Source: a virus (taxonomy: Duplodnaviria > Heunggongvirae > Uroviricota > Caudoviricetes). From it: 64,000 nucleotides of DNA. Shown here piece by piece: positions 1 to 8,867 of the stretch. The stretch's first letter is position 1. Each line of letters starts with the position of its first letter. The position numbers and the translations under genes are program-made. The notes beneath the pieces were generated by a model. It saw nothing but the letters and a program-made list of their open reading frames with translations, was not told where the DNA came from and searched no databases. The DNA lies in the IMG/VR virus record IMGVR_UViG_3300017987_005500. One strand, written 5' to 3'.

Positions 1-204
1 CTATAATTCTTGAACATTTTTAGCAATGGGACCCTTTTGCCCATTTTCAACTGTAAATTCAACAGCTGCTCCTTCTTCTAAACTTTTAAAACCATCACCG
101 GCAATATCTGAAAAATGTACAAATATGTCAGCTTGTCCATCATCTCTTTCAATGAACCCATAACCTTTTTTGTCGTTAAACCACTTTACTCTTCCGCTTT
201 CCAT
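1..204 (-). CDS. cspA: Cold-shock protein (CSD)
   Basis: [15 protein letters not shown] (RNP1) and DIFVHFS (RNP2). Start moved from 261 to the ATG at 204, which has AAGGAG upstream. Confidence 0.95.
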   Translation of the reverse strand: MESGRVKWFNDKKGYGFIERDDGQADIFVHFSDIAGDGFKSLEEGAAVEFTVENGQKGPIAKNVQEL

Positions 205-272
205 GTCTTTCTCTTTCTCCTTAATAAAAATAAATAATATACTTCTCGTGCTTAATAACACTGCTAATTTCT

Positions 273-347
273 TGGCAGGCCAGACAGGATTTGAACCCGC
301 AACTTTCGGTTTTGGAGACCGATACTCTACCGTTGAGTTACTGACCT
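273..347 (-). tRNA. tRNA-Trp (anticodon CCA), 3' CCA encoded
   Basis: Minus strand AGGTCAG...TCGGT-CTCCAAA-ACCGA...GCGGG-TTCAAAT-CCTGT-CTGGCCT-GCCA. Acceptor, anticodon and T stems pair. Confidence 0.95.
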
Positions 348-658
348 AATATTCTTTTTCTGCATTGAGGGCATCGTCTTTTCAAATCCTCAATATTAAT
401 ATTAACGTCAATTTTACCTTCTTCCCATAATTCACATTCAGGAAGTTCAGACTTATGATTCATCCCTCTTTTTATCATTTCGTCTTTTAATTCATCATGT
501 CTTTTAGATATATTATGTACTTCAACTAAACCTTTCTCAACATAACCTTTTATTGAAGTTCCTTTATTTATCGTTCCAATAAACATATGTGTTTCAACAT
601 GTTCACCGAGTAAATGCTTTCTGCATAGATATTCAGGTTTCACATTCCACATTCTCAT
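338..658 (-). CDS. denV: Pyrimidine-dimer DNA glycosylase / endonuclease V family
   Basis: N-terminal [20 protein letters not shown] and [16 protein letters not shown] match the family pattern. Confidence 0.8.
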   Translation of the reverse strand: MRMWNVKPEYLCRKHLLGEHVETHMFIGTINKGTSIKGYVEKGLVEVHNISKRHDELKDEMIKRGMNHKSELPECELWEEGKIDVNINIEDLKRRCPQCRKRILGQ

Positions 659-677
659 AATAAATCCTATATAACGT

Positions 678-717
678 AAAAAACGGGGAAGTCACCATGA
701 AAAAATGACTTCCCCGT
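678..717 (-). terminator. Intrinsic terminator (part of a candidate attenuator)
   Basis: 12-bp stem ACGGGGAAGTCA/TGACTTCCCCGT followed by a U-tract on the minus strand. Confidence 0.85.
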
Positions 718-743
718 AAAATATAAATTTGAGAGTCACTTTT

Positions 744-878
744 TCATGGTGGGAAATCACTTTGATTATTTGTTGCATTTTTTGTTTCATAAATTTCTAA
801 CCATGACGATAATTCCAACATACCGAGTCCGTGTGGATAATGACAAACTATCATTCGGCGTTCCACTAGACTTTTCAT
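744..878 (-). CDS. 44-aa candidate leader peptide ending DFPP-stop (absent from ORF track)
   Basis: AAGGAG RBS. Translates MKSLVERRMIVCHYPHGLGMLELSSWLEIYETKNATNNQSDFPP*. The stop codon lies inside an antiterminator strand. Confidence 0.7.
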   Translation of the reverse strand: MKSLVERRMIVCHYPHGLGMLELSSWLEIYETKNATNNQSDFPP

Positions 879-923
879 TGAAGTTATTCTCCTTAATTTT
901 TAAAATAATCATACTTTTGCTCA

Positions 924-938
924 TTTATAATATGTTCT
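924..938 (-). promoter_or_regulatory. Class B promoter-like motif (AGAACA-W-A...TAAA)
   Basis: AGAACATATTATAAA upstream of the leader ORF. The motif recurs before about 11 genes. Confidence 0.55.
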
Positions 939-963
939 CGATAATTTTTAAAACAGATAAATG

Positions 964-1179
964 TTAAAAACTCCTTGGATTAAATGTATCAACTTCGGTC
1001 ATGTCATACTCAACAATCACACAATTGTCATATAAATGTATATTGCTGTGAGCTTTTAGCATTGTCAAATGAGCTTTCAAATACTGTCGTAACCACAATT
1101 TACCTATTTTGTTAAATGTTGGATCAAGTCCACCCTTTGAGAACAATCCTTTATCATTTCTAATTTTATATATCTTCAT
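964..1179 (-). CDS. Hypothetical phage protein
   Basis: AGGAGG RBS, class A motif upstream. Confidence 0.7.
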   Translation of the reverse strand: MKIYKIRNDKGLFSKGGLDPTFNKIGKLWLRQYLKAHLTMLKAHSNIHLYDNCVIVEYDMTEVDTFNPRSF

Positions 1180-1222
1180 AATCCTCCTAAAAAATTATTA
1201 ATCAGTTCATCTTATAGAAAGA

Positions 1223-1232
1223 AATATATATA
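1223..1232 (-). promoter_or_regulatory. Class A promoter-like motif TATATATATT
   Basis: Intergenic and gene-facing. Recurs at 9 sites. Confidence 0.55.
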
Positions 1233-1243
1233 ATGATAAAGGG

Positions 1244-1525
1244 TCATACCAAATTGGGTATTCTTTCAACTCCAACTCCGCCCTTCATGTTAAAACCGTG
1301 TTTACATTCTGCGCAAAATATATTTTGAGACAATCCCCCAGAAGGTCCTTCAATTATACTAGTGCATCCGCAGTCAGGACAACAGTTCCCTTCTTTCATA
1401 ATATTTAAAATCTTGTCAGAGTCATGTTCAAGTTGATCACATTTTTCATCACATACTGTTTTTACAATACATTCCTTACATGGAAATGTATTAGTCTTTT
1501 TAAAAAATATATTAAATGGCCACAT
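1244..1525 (-). CDS. Small Cys-rich protein (PCxxCIVxxxC plus zinc ribbon)
   Basis: FPCKECIVKTVC...CPDCG...CAECKH. Paralog at 52657. Confidence 0.7.
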   Translation of the reverse strand: MWPFNIFFKKTNTFPCKECIVKTVCDEKCDQLEHDSDKILNIMKEGNCCPDCGCTSIIEGPSGGLSQNIFCAECKHGFNMKGGVGVERIPNLV

Positions 1526-1728
1526 TAATCTTCTCTCTTAAACTTTAAACAATCTATATGTTTTGTATCATTTATAGTTTTACCATTGTATGTCAGTCTC
1601 CATGTTCCATCTTTGAGTTTATCAAAATGAATCATTTCAACGTCAGTCATAATTCGTGTTACTTTCGTCAATTCAAGAGAATTAACAACTTCACCAGTTT
1701 TTTCAATTATTTCAATTGATCTATTCAA
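1525..1728 (-). CDS. Hypothetical protein
   Basis: Overlaps both neighbours (translational coupling). Confidence 0.6.
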   Translation of the reverse strand: MNRSIEIIEKTGEVVNSLELTKVTRIMTDVEMIHFDKLKDGTWRLTYNGKTINDTKHIDCLKFKRED

Positions 1729-2464
1729 ATGTATGTCCTTTCTTTACAAAACCTCTAAAACCATGCTCAACAGCTTCAGGTAATGCGCCATCTTGATAAT
1801 GATATAACCACATTTTACTTTTAATGTCATCTTCAAGAGTTCTTAGTTGTTCATAATGAGCATGAACTCCTGACTTAAATGTAGCTAATTCACAATCTTG
1901 AAATATTATATCAGCACTATAATAAAAGTCTTTTATTTGCTCAGGACAAAATTGTGTGTCAGTTGTTAAGAATACTCTTTTTCCATTCAAATTGAATAAA
2001 AGACCAAATGAGGGAACTATCTCAAACCCATTCATAACATGTACAGTTTGTACTGTTTGAAATTGTCTATTATTCCATCTGAAAGAACCATTCTTTGTAA
2101 CGGTTCCCAAATTAAAAAAAGTAGTTAAATCCCCAGGTTTTCCTTGAAGTGTTTCAAGTCCGCTTGCTAATGCATTCCATAATTTAGTTTTCAAGAACCT
2201 ATTGATATATAAAGTAGGTAATTTTATTCTTGAAAAATAAGTATTTAGCGCTAACCACTCTAACCCACCTATATGGTCGCCATGTAAGTGGGAAATGTAA
2301 ACTGAATCAATATCCTTATAATTCAGTCCTACTTGTTTTAATGAATGTCTTATGTCAGTTCCACAGTCGATTAATAAAATTTTACCACCGTCTTCCAAAA
2401 TCATATTTGATTGACGATTGTCCATTGTGAAAGCACTACCACTCCCTAAAAATGTAAACTTCAT
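1721..2464 (-). CDS. apyc1: MBL-fold phosphodiesterase, Apyc1-like (anti-Pycsar)
   Basis: GSGSAF, LLIDCG, HLHGDHIGGLE, DTQF, IFQDC, GVHA, LYHYQD appear in the order seen in Apyc1-family enzymes. Confidence 0.7.
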   Translation of the reverse strand: MKFTFLGSGSAFTMDNRQSNMILEDGGKILLIDCGTDIRHSLKQVGLNYKDIDSVYISHLHGDHIGGLEWLALNTYFSRIKLPTLYINRFLKTKLWNALASGLETLQGKPGDLTTFFNLGTVTKNGSFRWNNRQFQTVQTVHVMNGFEIVPSFGLLFNLNGKRVFLTTDTQFCPEQIKDFYYSADIIFQDCELATFKSGVHAHYEQLRTLEDDIKSKMWLYHYQDGALPEAVEHGFRGFVKKGHTFE

Positions 2465-2511
2465 TACTCATATCTCTCCTAAAAATTAAAGTTTATTCTC
2501 TATTTAAAAGA

Positions 2512-2521
2512 AATATATATA
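2512..2521 (-). promoter_or_regulatory. Class A promoter-like motif
   Basis: TATATATATT about 48 nt upstream of the apyc1-like start. Confidence 0.55.
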
Positions 2522-2531
2522 ATTAAAAGAG

Positions 2532-3329
2532 TTATAATTGATTTGTATATTCTTTTACTTCCCCTGTTGTGTAATTTATTCTTATAAATTTTGGGCATTT
2601 CAAATATTCCATTATTTCATTTTGTCGTCTAATATCTTTTTCACATAAATTTCCATTTTTATCAAAATGTCCCAATTCATCAACTTCAATTACTATATTT
2701 TTTTCTATATCGTAACCATCAACCCAATAATACAACTTTTCAATTTTAAATTCCCCACCATTCATACCATGTTGAAAATTATAACCATGTTTTTTTCCAT
2801 ACTCGTCAATTAATTTGCATGCATCAGGATTATAATTGGGTTCAAATTTCTGACTATCTTTTAAACCCATTTCAATTCTTCTTATATGAGAAATTCTAAT
2901 TTTTCTTCTTGTTTCATCGCTATGAGGTCTACTTGGTTTCGATACTCCTTTTTGCGATAATGATATTTTCAATCTAGATTTAATGCTATGTTTAGTAAAA
3001 GTAGGTTTATGTCCCATTAATGCTAATGATATTTTATTTTTATGATCTTCAGAGAAAGGACCTAATTTTATTCCTTTTTTTGACTTTGATATCTTATCTT
3101 TTGTTTCTTTAGTGTGTTTTTTTCCTGTTTGTATTTTAGATTTTTTTGCTTTTGTTTCTTCACTCTGTTTTTTTCCAGTATTTTTTAAAGTAGACATTGA
3201 TCTTGTATATGGGCATTTAGTAAAAAATTCCCTACAACACCATCTTGTCATACCTTTTCTGGGAGGATATTTAGCTTCCCTCCCACATCCATAACCACAT
3301 ATGGGAGGGTCAAAATATAATATAGGCAT
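2532..3329 (-). mobile_element. Free-standing homing endonuclease (CxYGC Zn module, NUMOD3 repeats, Vsr/PD-(D/E)xK-like nuclease)
   Basis: CGYGCG...WCC...KCP; repeats GKKHTKETKDKIS; C-terminal VDGYD...VIEVDELGH. Confidence 0.75.
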
Positions 3330-3941
3330 TTATATATGAGGAAGTGTATTTATAATGGCAAAGAGTTCAGCTTTACATGGGGCATGAACCATAAAGTCAC
3401 CATAAAGGGAACTGATAAAGCATTTATCAATATACCATAATACAGCAATTCCCTCAGTAACACCTGTCTTAATATCACCATAATGTGTATTCAATCTATC
3501 ACTCATATAACCACAAAAATTTCTTGCTCCTTGAATTGTATTTCCAGTGAAACCTTCTTTTTCGGCGTCAGCAGCAATACTAAGGACAGTATCATCAAGA
3601 TCATTTAAATTTGCATCACAAATCAATGATATAAAAAGTGGCCAACCTTTATGTTGATATTTTCTTACAATGAGAGGACTCCAATTTTTGTCAAGGAGTC
3701 TTGTTGAAGTTGTGCTGTCGTCGCTAGCAAAACCTGCATTTGCGTCCTGTCCCATATTTCCTGCAATAGTGTCTTGTTTTCGTCTGATAATAGTCTCTTC
3801 TGGCATAACTGCTTTGTCTGTGCAGCTACAATCTCTGTCTTGAATAGCTCGTCGAATGTCCATTAAAGCTTCATTGATAGGGGTTATTCGATTTTCAATC
3901 ATTTCATGTATTTTTTGATCTTCCGGACTCATTGATGCCAT
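3330..3941 (-). CDS. Hypothetical protein
   Basis: AGGAG RBS, class B motif at 3981-3995. Confidence 0.7.
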   Translation of the reverse strand: MASMSPEDQKIHEMIENRITPINEALMDIRRAIQDRDCSCTDKAVMPEETIIRRKQDTIAGNMGQDANAGFASDDSTTSTRLLDKNWSPLIVRKYQHKGWPLFISLICDANLNDLDDTVLSIAADAEKEGFTGNTIQGARNFCGYMSDRLNTHYGDIKTGVTEGIAVLWYIDKCFISSLYGDFMVHAPCKAELFAIINTLPHI

Positions 3942-4019
3942 TACATCTCCTATTCATTTTTCATTAATATAAAGTTTTCATTTATATTTTGTTCTAAATG
4001 TAAATTTTACCATCTTTAA

Positions 4020-4457
4020 TTAATCATCACAGGCAGGAGGAATTGGACCTTTTGGTTTTGGTACATTTGGTCCGGCAGTTAAATCAACTTCTTCTGGTAT
4101 AATACCTTTAATAAATAATTGATTTAAATATTTTTCTGCATTTTTCTTTATATCTGTATTTGATTTTATATCTTTGCAAAGCACAATATCCAAAGCAGTC
4201 TCATGCAAATTATCAGGAATATCATCTCTTCGTGGTGTTTTTACAGGAGGCATTGGAATATCTGTTTTAACTTCTGGAAGTATTGATTTCATATTTCGCC
4301 TTTCTATAGTAAGCAAATCGGTTGTTATTTGTTCATGAGTTAAAATTATATTTTTCCCATCGCTTTTGGCATATATGGATTCCTTGAGAAGATAAGCTTT
4401 GCCATTTATATCAATTGTAGTTCCTCTTGGGATTTTAACATCGTGTGATTTAGTCAT
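4020..4457 (-). CDS. Hypothetical protein
   Basis: ATGA overlap with upstream gene. Confidence 0.6.
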   Translation of the reverse strand: MTKSHDVKIPRGTTIDINGKAYLLKESIYAKSDGKNIILTHEQITTDLLTIERRNMKSILPEVKTDIPMPPVKTPRRDDIPDNLHETALDIVLCKDIKSNTDIKKNAEKYLNQLFIKGIIPEEVDLTAGPNVPKPKGPIPPACDD

Positions 4458-5107
4458 TTATTATCTTCCTTTTCTTCCAATGGTAAAACATTAAAATCAT
4501 TTAAAATAAAATCAAAACACTTTCTTATAGAAGGAAAGAATCTACTTGTATGATGACTTAACCAAATATCTTCAACATATTTATCACTTGTGATTACATA
4601 AATTGGTATAGTCTTTTCTAAATTATAAGCATATTGAATTTCCATTACTGTGCCGAATGTAACTCTTTGAATAAAGACAACCATAATGTCAGAATCATTT
4701 ATAGCTTTTTTATCTATATTTACCAAATCAGGATTGTCTTGATCAACCATCTCAATTGGGTCATATAAATTCAAAAACTTTCCATATGCTAATTTAACGC
4801 CTTGTCTATATTCAGTCTCTTGAGCAGCACCTGACAAATAAACTTTAAGATTCTTTTTTACCTTTCCCGATTTCTCAGGTAAATAAAAATCCTTTAAAAG
4901 ATTACGAACTGTGGTGATATTTTTACAACCTTTTATTTTTGCCATTAACGCTTCATATGCATCTATTGTTTCTTTTAGATTATTATTAGAATCGTCAAGA
5001 CCCCTATAACCTAATTTAATTTCTTCAATTCCAGCTATGACTTTATTATGATCTCCCCATGTCCATACATGACCATAGCGAGCTGCTTGTTTAGATCTAT
5101 TAATCAA
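4454..5107 (-). CDS. Nucleoside 2-deoxyribosyltransferase-like protein with extra N-terminal domain
   Basis: VYLSGA...DKKAINDSDIMV...GTVMEIQYA. Confidence 0.7.
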   Translation of the reverse strand: MINRSKQAARYGHVWTWGDHNKVIAGIEEIKLGYRGLDDSNNNLKETIDAYEALMAKIKGCKNITTVRNLLKDFYLPEKSGKVKKNLKVYLSGAAQETEYRQGVKLAYGKFLNLYDPIEMVDQDNPDLVNIDKKAINDSDIMVVFIQRVTFGTVMEIQYAYNLEKTIPIYVITSDKYVEDIWLSHHTSRFFPSIRKCFDFILNDFNVLPLEEKEDNK

Positions 5108-5907
5108 GATTTCACCTCATTCTTATCAATTTTTTTAAATCTTGGAATTTTAACTTGTGGATTTCTATAATTAGGATCATCAACATATTCTTTAAACATT
5201 TCAAGAGGTCGTGTCCAATGTTTATTATGTTTATCCTTATATGTCACTAATGCTTCATTTTCACCTTCTGAGTCAAATGATACACATACAATCTCATATA
5301 CAGACCCTTTGAAATGTTCATACTTTTCTCCTTGGGATGGAGTATCTGATGGGAGTTTTGGTTGATTTACCAATGGTCTTGGAGGATGATTTCTCTTTTT
5401 GATATGGGTTACTAATTTGCTAAAATTTGGTTTTTGTTTATTTGAAGCTTCTTTAGCTCTTTTTTCTTCCCAATATTTAACAATATCCCAAAACATTTTT
5501 TGCTGTCTATCAAGATCTTCAACTCCAACAATTTTAAGATCTCGATCATGTAAGTCCTTAACTCTATCATCAGTTCCTGTTTTAGTTATTTGATAATGCA
5601 TTAGACATAAACAACCCCAAGCTACTTGAGCAAGATGAAAACACCCACTATCTTTATCAAGGTCTTCCCCTCTTTTTGATTTTGATAAATGTCTAAACAT
5701 AGGACCGTACATCCTATTATAACTCATTCCAGCTCGCCAATTTTCATCTTTATATTTTGAAGCTCCATGAGTAAATACTTCAGCAACCTTTTCAAGAGTA
5801 TCATATGGAATCAAGTCCCATCTTACTTTTCCTGCATCATATCTTTTCGCTCCCTCACTTTGTGTCTCTTGTTGATGAGCATCACTACTTTCAAATTCTT
5901 TCGACAT
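5104..5907 (-). CDS. dATP/dGTP diphosphohydrolase (DUF5664-type) fused to DUF1653
   Basis: YDAGKVRWDLIP, GASKY..ENWRAG, DKDSGCFHLA; C-terminal YEHFKG...WTRPLEMF...RF. Confidence 0.8.
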   Translation of the reverse strand: MSKEFESSDAHQQETQSEGAKRYDAGKVRWDLIPYDTLEKVAEVFTHGASKYKDENWRAGMSYNRMYGPMFRHLSKSKRGEDLDKDSGCFHLAQVAWGCLCLMHYQITKTGTDDRVKDLHDRDLKIVGVEDLDRQQKMFWDIVKYWEEKRAKEASNKQKPNFSKLVTHIKKRNHPPRPLVNQPKLPSDTPSQGEKYEHFKGSVYEIVCVSFDSEGENEALVTYKDKHNKHWTRPLEMFKEYVDDPNYRNPQVKIPRFKKIDKNEVKS

Positions 5908-5909
5908 TA

Positions 5910-6629
5910 TTAATCCTCCTTAAAATATTTCGGTATTTTCCTAACTTCACTTGGTTTCGTTAACATTTGACTTGCAATACCTACATATTCACAACCCATT
6001 CGTCTTAGTTGTTCAATCTCAGGTATATTTGTCCAGCTACATCCTGCGATTGGAGTGTCTATTTTAGGAACCCATTTTTCAATATAATCCCAATTATATT
6101 GTTGAGCGTATTGACCTGAGATTCCTCCATAACGTGTTGGGTGAGAATTTATATGGATTCTTTTTATTCTTGAGAGATCATATTTAGTTGGATCTTGTGT
6201 ATGATTCAGCTTTAAATATAGATCATGTTCTGTTTTAGGAATCCTAAAATTCATTTCGTTCTTAACATTTGGACAAGAGTAATTCAACTCAATACCCATA
6301 ATAGGTAAGTATTTCAACCAGTCACACATAATTTGTATTTGATAATCGCTTCCGTGAATTGAAACAATTATATTTTTCAATTTAGGTATTCTATGGTTAT
6401 ATTCATTTTTCATAATCCAACTTCTCAATCCTGGATTATGAAGACTTACTTTATTCCAAGTTGACTTACCATAAAAAGGTAACCATGCAATTGCCCATGG
6501 TTTTCCAACTTTCTTTTCAAATGTCAATGTTTTTGTGACAATTGGGAATTCTGGAAATGGTGTGACATATTTATGCCATTTATAACCATCTCCATATCCC
6601 ATTGCTCCACTTTGATAAAAAAATTTCAT
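5910..6629 (-). CDS. Dihydroorotate dehydrogenase-like FMN TIM-barrel (short, divergent)
   Basis: TKTLT, NKVSLHNPG, IELNYSCPNV, YLKL, GGISG. Confidence 0.7.
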   Translation of the reverse strand: MKFFYQSGAMGYGDGYKWHKYVTPFPEFPIVTKTLTFEKKVGKPWAIAWLPFYGKSTWNKVSLHNPGLRSWIMKNEYNHRIPKLKNIIVSIHGSDYQIQIMCDWLKYLPIMGIELNYSCPNVKNEMNFRIPKTEHDLYLKLNHTQDPTKYDLSRIKRIHINSHPTRYGGISGQYAQQYNWDYIEKWVPKIDTPIAGCSWTNIPEIEQLRRMGCEYVGIASQMLTKPSEVRKIPKYFKED

Positions 6630-6630
6630 T

Positions 6631-7158
6631 TTATTTAAATTCCCTTATTCTTATTTTTTCATGTTTCATTAACCATTCGACTGTTTTATCATATGGAATT
6701 GCTTTGATAAGAATAACTTCAACAACTCCTGCATTTATTAAAGAACCGAAACATTGAGAACATGGAGTTATTGTTGTGTTCATATAAAGAACGGTGCCTT
6801 TTGTTGATACTCCATTTCTTGCAGCAGCTAATAAACAATTTTTCTCTGCATGAATTGCTGGACAATATTCAAGTCCTTCTCCAGATGGAAAATTCAAAAT
6901 TCTCCTTGGGCATTCATTTGATTGCATTGACTCTAAAGGATCCAATCCTTTTTCAATTATCTCTTTTTCCAAGTTATGATCATTTATACATCTTATATTA
7001 CATTGATCAATTCCTCTTGGAGGACCATTATAACCAGTTGAAACAACTATTTTATCTCTGGTCAATACAGCTCCAATTTGTCTTGAAAAGCAAGTTGAAT
7101 TTTTCGCCACTACTTCACACATTTCTAAAAAATAATTATCCCACTTATTCATTTTCAT
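6631..7158 (-). CDS. dCMP deaminase
   Basis: STC..RQIGA, GYNGPP, HAEKN, PCSQC. Confidence 0.9.
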   Translation of the reverse strand: MKMNKWDNYFLEMCEVVAKNSTCFSRQIGAVLTRDKIVVSTGYNGPPRGIDQCNIRCINDHNLEKEIIEKGLDPLESMQSNECPRRILNFPSGEGLEYCPAIHAEKNCLLAAARNGVSTKGTVLYMNTTITPCSQCFGSLINAGVVEVILIKAIPYDKTVEWLMKHEKIRIREFK

Positions 7159-7337
7159 GTCCTTATATTATGAGCATCTGTAAAATTATAATCACTATTT
7201 GTAAATAAATTTCCACTTATAGATAAAGCATATTCCATTCTTTCTTTACAATTTTTACATTTTAAATTACTACCTTTATGAATTTTTGCTTTATGTATGT
7301 CACAATCGTAACATGGACTTCTTTTTATAGTCTCCAA
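7155..7337 (-). CDS. Small Cys-rich protein
   Basis: SPCYDC...CKNCKER, overlaps both neighbours. Confidence 0.55.
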   Translation of the reverse strand: METIKRSPCYDCDIHKAKIHKGSNLKCKNCKERMEYALSISGNLFTNSDYNFTDAHNIRT

Positions 7338-8623
7338 TATCTTTCTCCCATCTTTTGTCTCATAACATTGATGTCAAAAATTGACCTAACGTCAATTAAA
7401 CACCCTGTGCTATTAAGCTTAGAGATGAAGAATTCATAACCCAATTGCTTGAACTCATTATGATCTACAGCAATTATAATTGCATCAAATGATTTATCTT
7501 TGATTTCATCTGTGTTCATATAATTTGCTCTAAAATTACTTGATTCAAATTCGTCTTTATTCACATAAGGATCAACTACAGCAATATCAAAACCATAATC
7601 ACCAAATTCATTAATTAAATCAAATGATTTTGAATTTCTTGTATCTGAACAATCAGGTTTAAATGTAAGACCAAAAATACCAATTTTTATTAAACTCATA
7701 TTACATTGATTTTTTATCAATGCTTTCAATGTATTATTAACAATATGTTTTGGCATCCCATCATTAATTCTTCGTCCTGCTAAAATCATCTCAGGGTGAT
7801 AACCAACCTGCTCAGCTTTAAATGTCAAATAATACGGATCCACTCCAATACAATGACCACCTACCAATCCCGGAGTGAAATCCAAGAAATTCCATTTACT
7901 CTTAGCTGCATCTAATACCTCCTTTGTATCAATGTTTAATTTATCAAAGATTATTGAAAATTCATTCATTAGAGCAATGTTTACATCTCTTTGAATATTC
8001 TCAATTACCTTTGCTGCCTCAGCTACTTTAATACTTGACGCTTCATATACGCCAACTTTAATAATGGAAGAATATAAGTTTTTAATATTTTTTAAAGTCT
8101 CTGGGGTATCTCCAGAAACTATTTTAACAATTTTTGTTAATGTATGTTCTTTATCTCCAGGATTTATTCTCTCCGGAGAATATCCTACGTTAAAGTCCTC
8201 TTTCCATTCTAACATAGAACTTTCTTCTAAGATAGGAATACAAACTTTTTCAGTTGCTTCAGGATATACTGTCGACTCATATATAACTGTGCAACCTTCT
8301 TTCATAAAATGTCCAACAGTTATTGAGGCATCTATCAAATATCTGAAGTCTGGAAAACTAACATCCTCAACTGGAGTTGGGACTGCTATAATTATATAAT
8401 CTGCATTTGATATCTCTGATTCATCAGATGTGAATTTTACATATGTTGATGCTAACATATTAATTTCTGATAATTCTCCTGTCGGATCTATATTATTTCT
8501 ATAACTTTTAATTTTTTCCTCATCAACATCATAAGCAATGGTGTCATAATGTTTACCAAATTCAATTGCTAAAGGAAGTCCTACATATCCCAATCCTACA
8601 ACACAAATTATTTTATCTTTCAA
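7325..8623 (-). CDS. UDP-N-acetylhexosamine C6 dehydrogenase (TviB/WbpO type)
   Basis: GLGYVGLP, ESTVYP, YSPERINPG, GLVGGHCIGVDPYYL, TFKPDCSDTRNS. Confidence 0.92.
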   Translation of the reverse strand: MKDKIICVVGLGYVGLPLAIEFGKHYDTIAYDVDEEKIKSYRNNIDPTGELSEINMLASTYVKFTSDESEISNADYIIIAVPTPVEDVSFPDFRYLIDASITVGHFMKEGCTVIYESTVYPEATEKVCIPILEESSMLEWKEDFNVGYSPERINPGDKEHTLTKIVKIVSGDTPETLKNIKNLYSSIIKVGVYEASSIKVAEAAKVIENIQRDVNIALMNEFSIIFDKLNIDTKEVLDAAKSKWNFLDFTPGLVGGHCIGVDPYYLTFKAEQVGYHPEMILAGRRINDGMPKHIVNNTLKALIKNQCNMSLIKIGIFGLTFKPDCSDTRNSKSFDLINEFGDYGFDIAVVDPYVNKDEFESSNFRANYMNTDEIKDKSFDAIIIAVDHNEFKQLGYEFFISKLNSTGCLIDVRSIFDINVMRQKMGERYWRL

Positions 8624-8639
8624 TGTTTAATTCCTTATT

Positions 8640-8867
8640 TTAACATTCAAATTCTTCTGTCATTATATCTATATAAGAATCAAGTTTTGCTCCAACTTCT
8701 AAAAGCATCCCATGAATTTCTTCAGATTTCTCTTTAATAACTTCAGGTTTAACTGAATGACAACCTACATGACCATATTCTTCAATACTATCACAGTAGT
8801 CATATAAATCATTTATTTTTGATTTTAGATTCTCAAGATTAATAATATCTTTAAAAGTGTTTGACAT
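8640..8867 (-). CDS. Hypothetical protein
   Basis: ORF within the operon. Confidence 0.55.
   Translation of the reverse strand: MSNTFKDIINLENLKSKINDLYDYCDSIEEYGHVGCHSVKPEVIKEKSEEIHGMLLEVGAKLDSYIDIMTEEFEC

Noticed and set aside
746-967. Plus-strand 73-aa ORF from the track
   Set aside because: No RBS; antisense to a minus-strand ORF that has an RBS, a promoter motif and a terminator.
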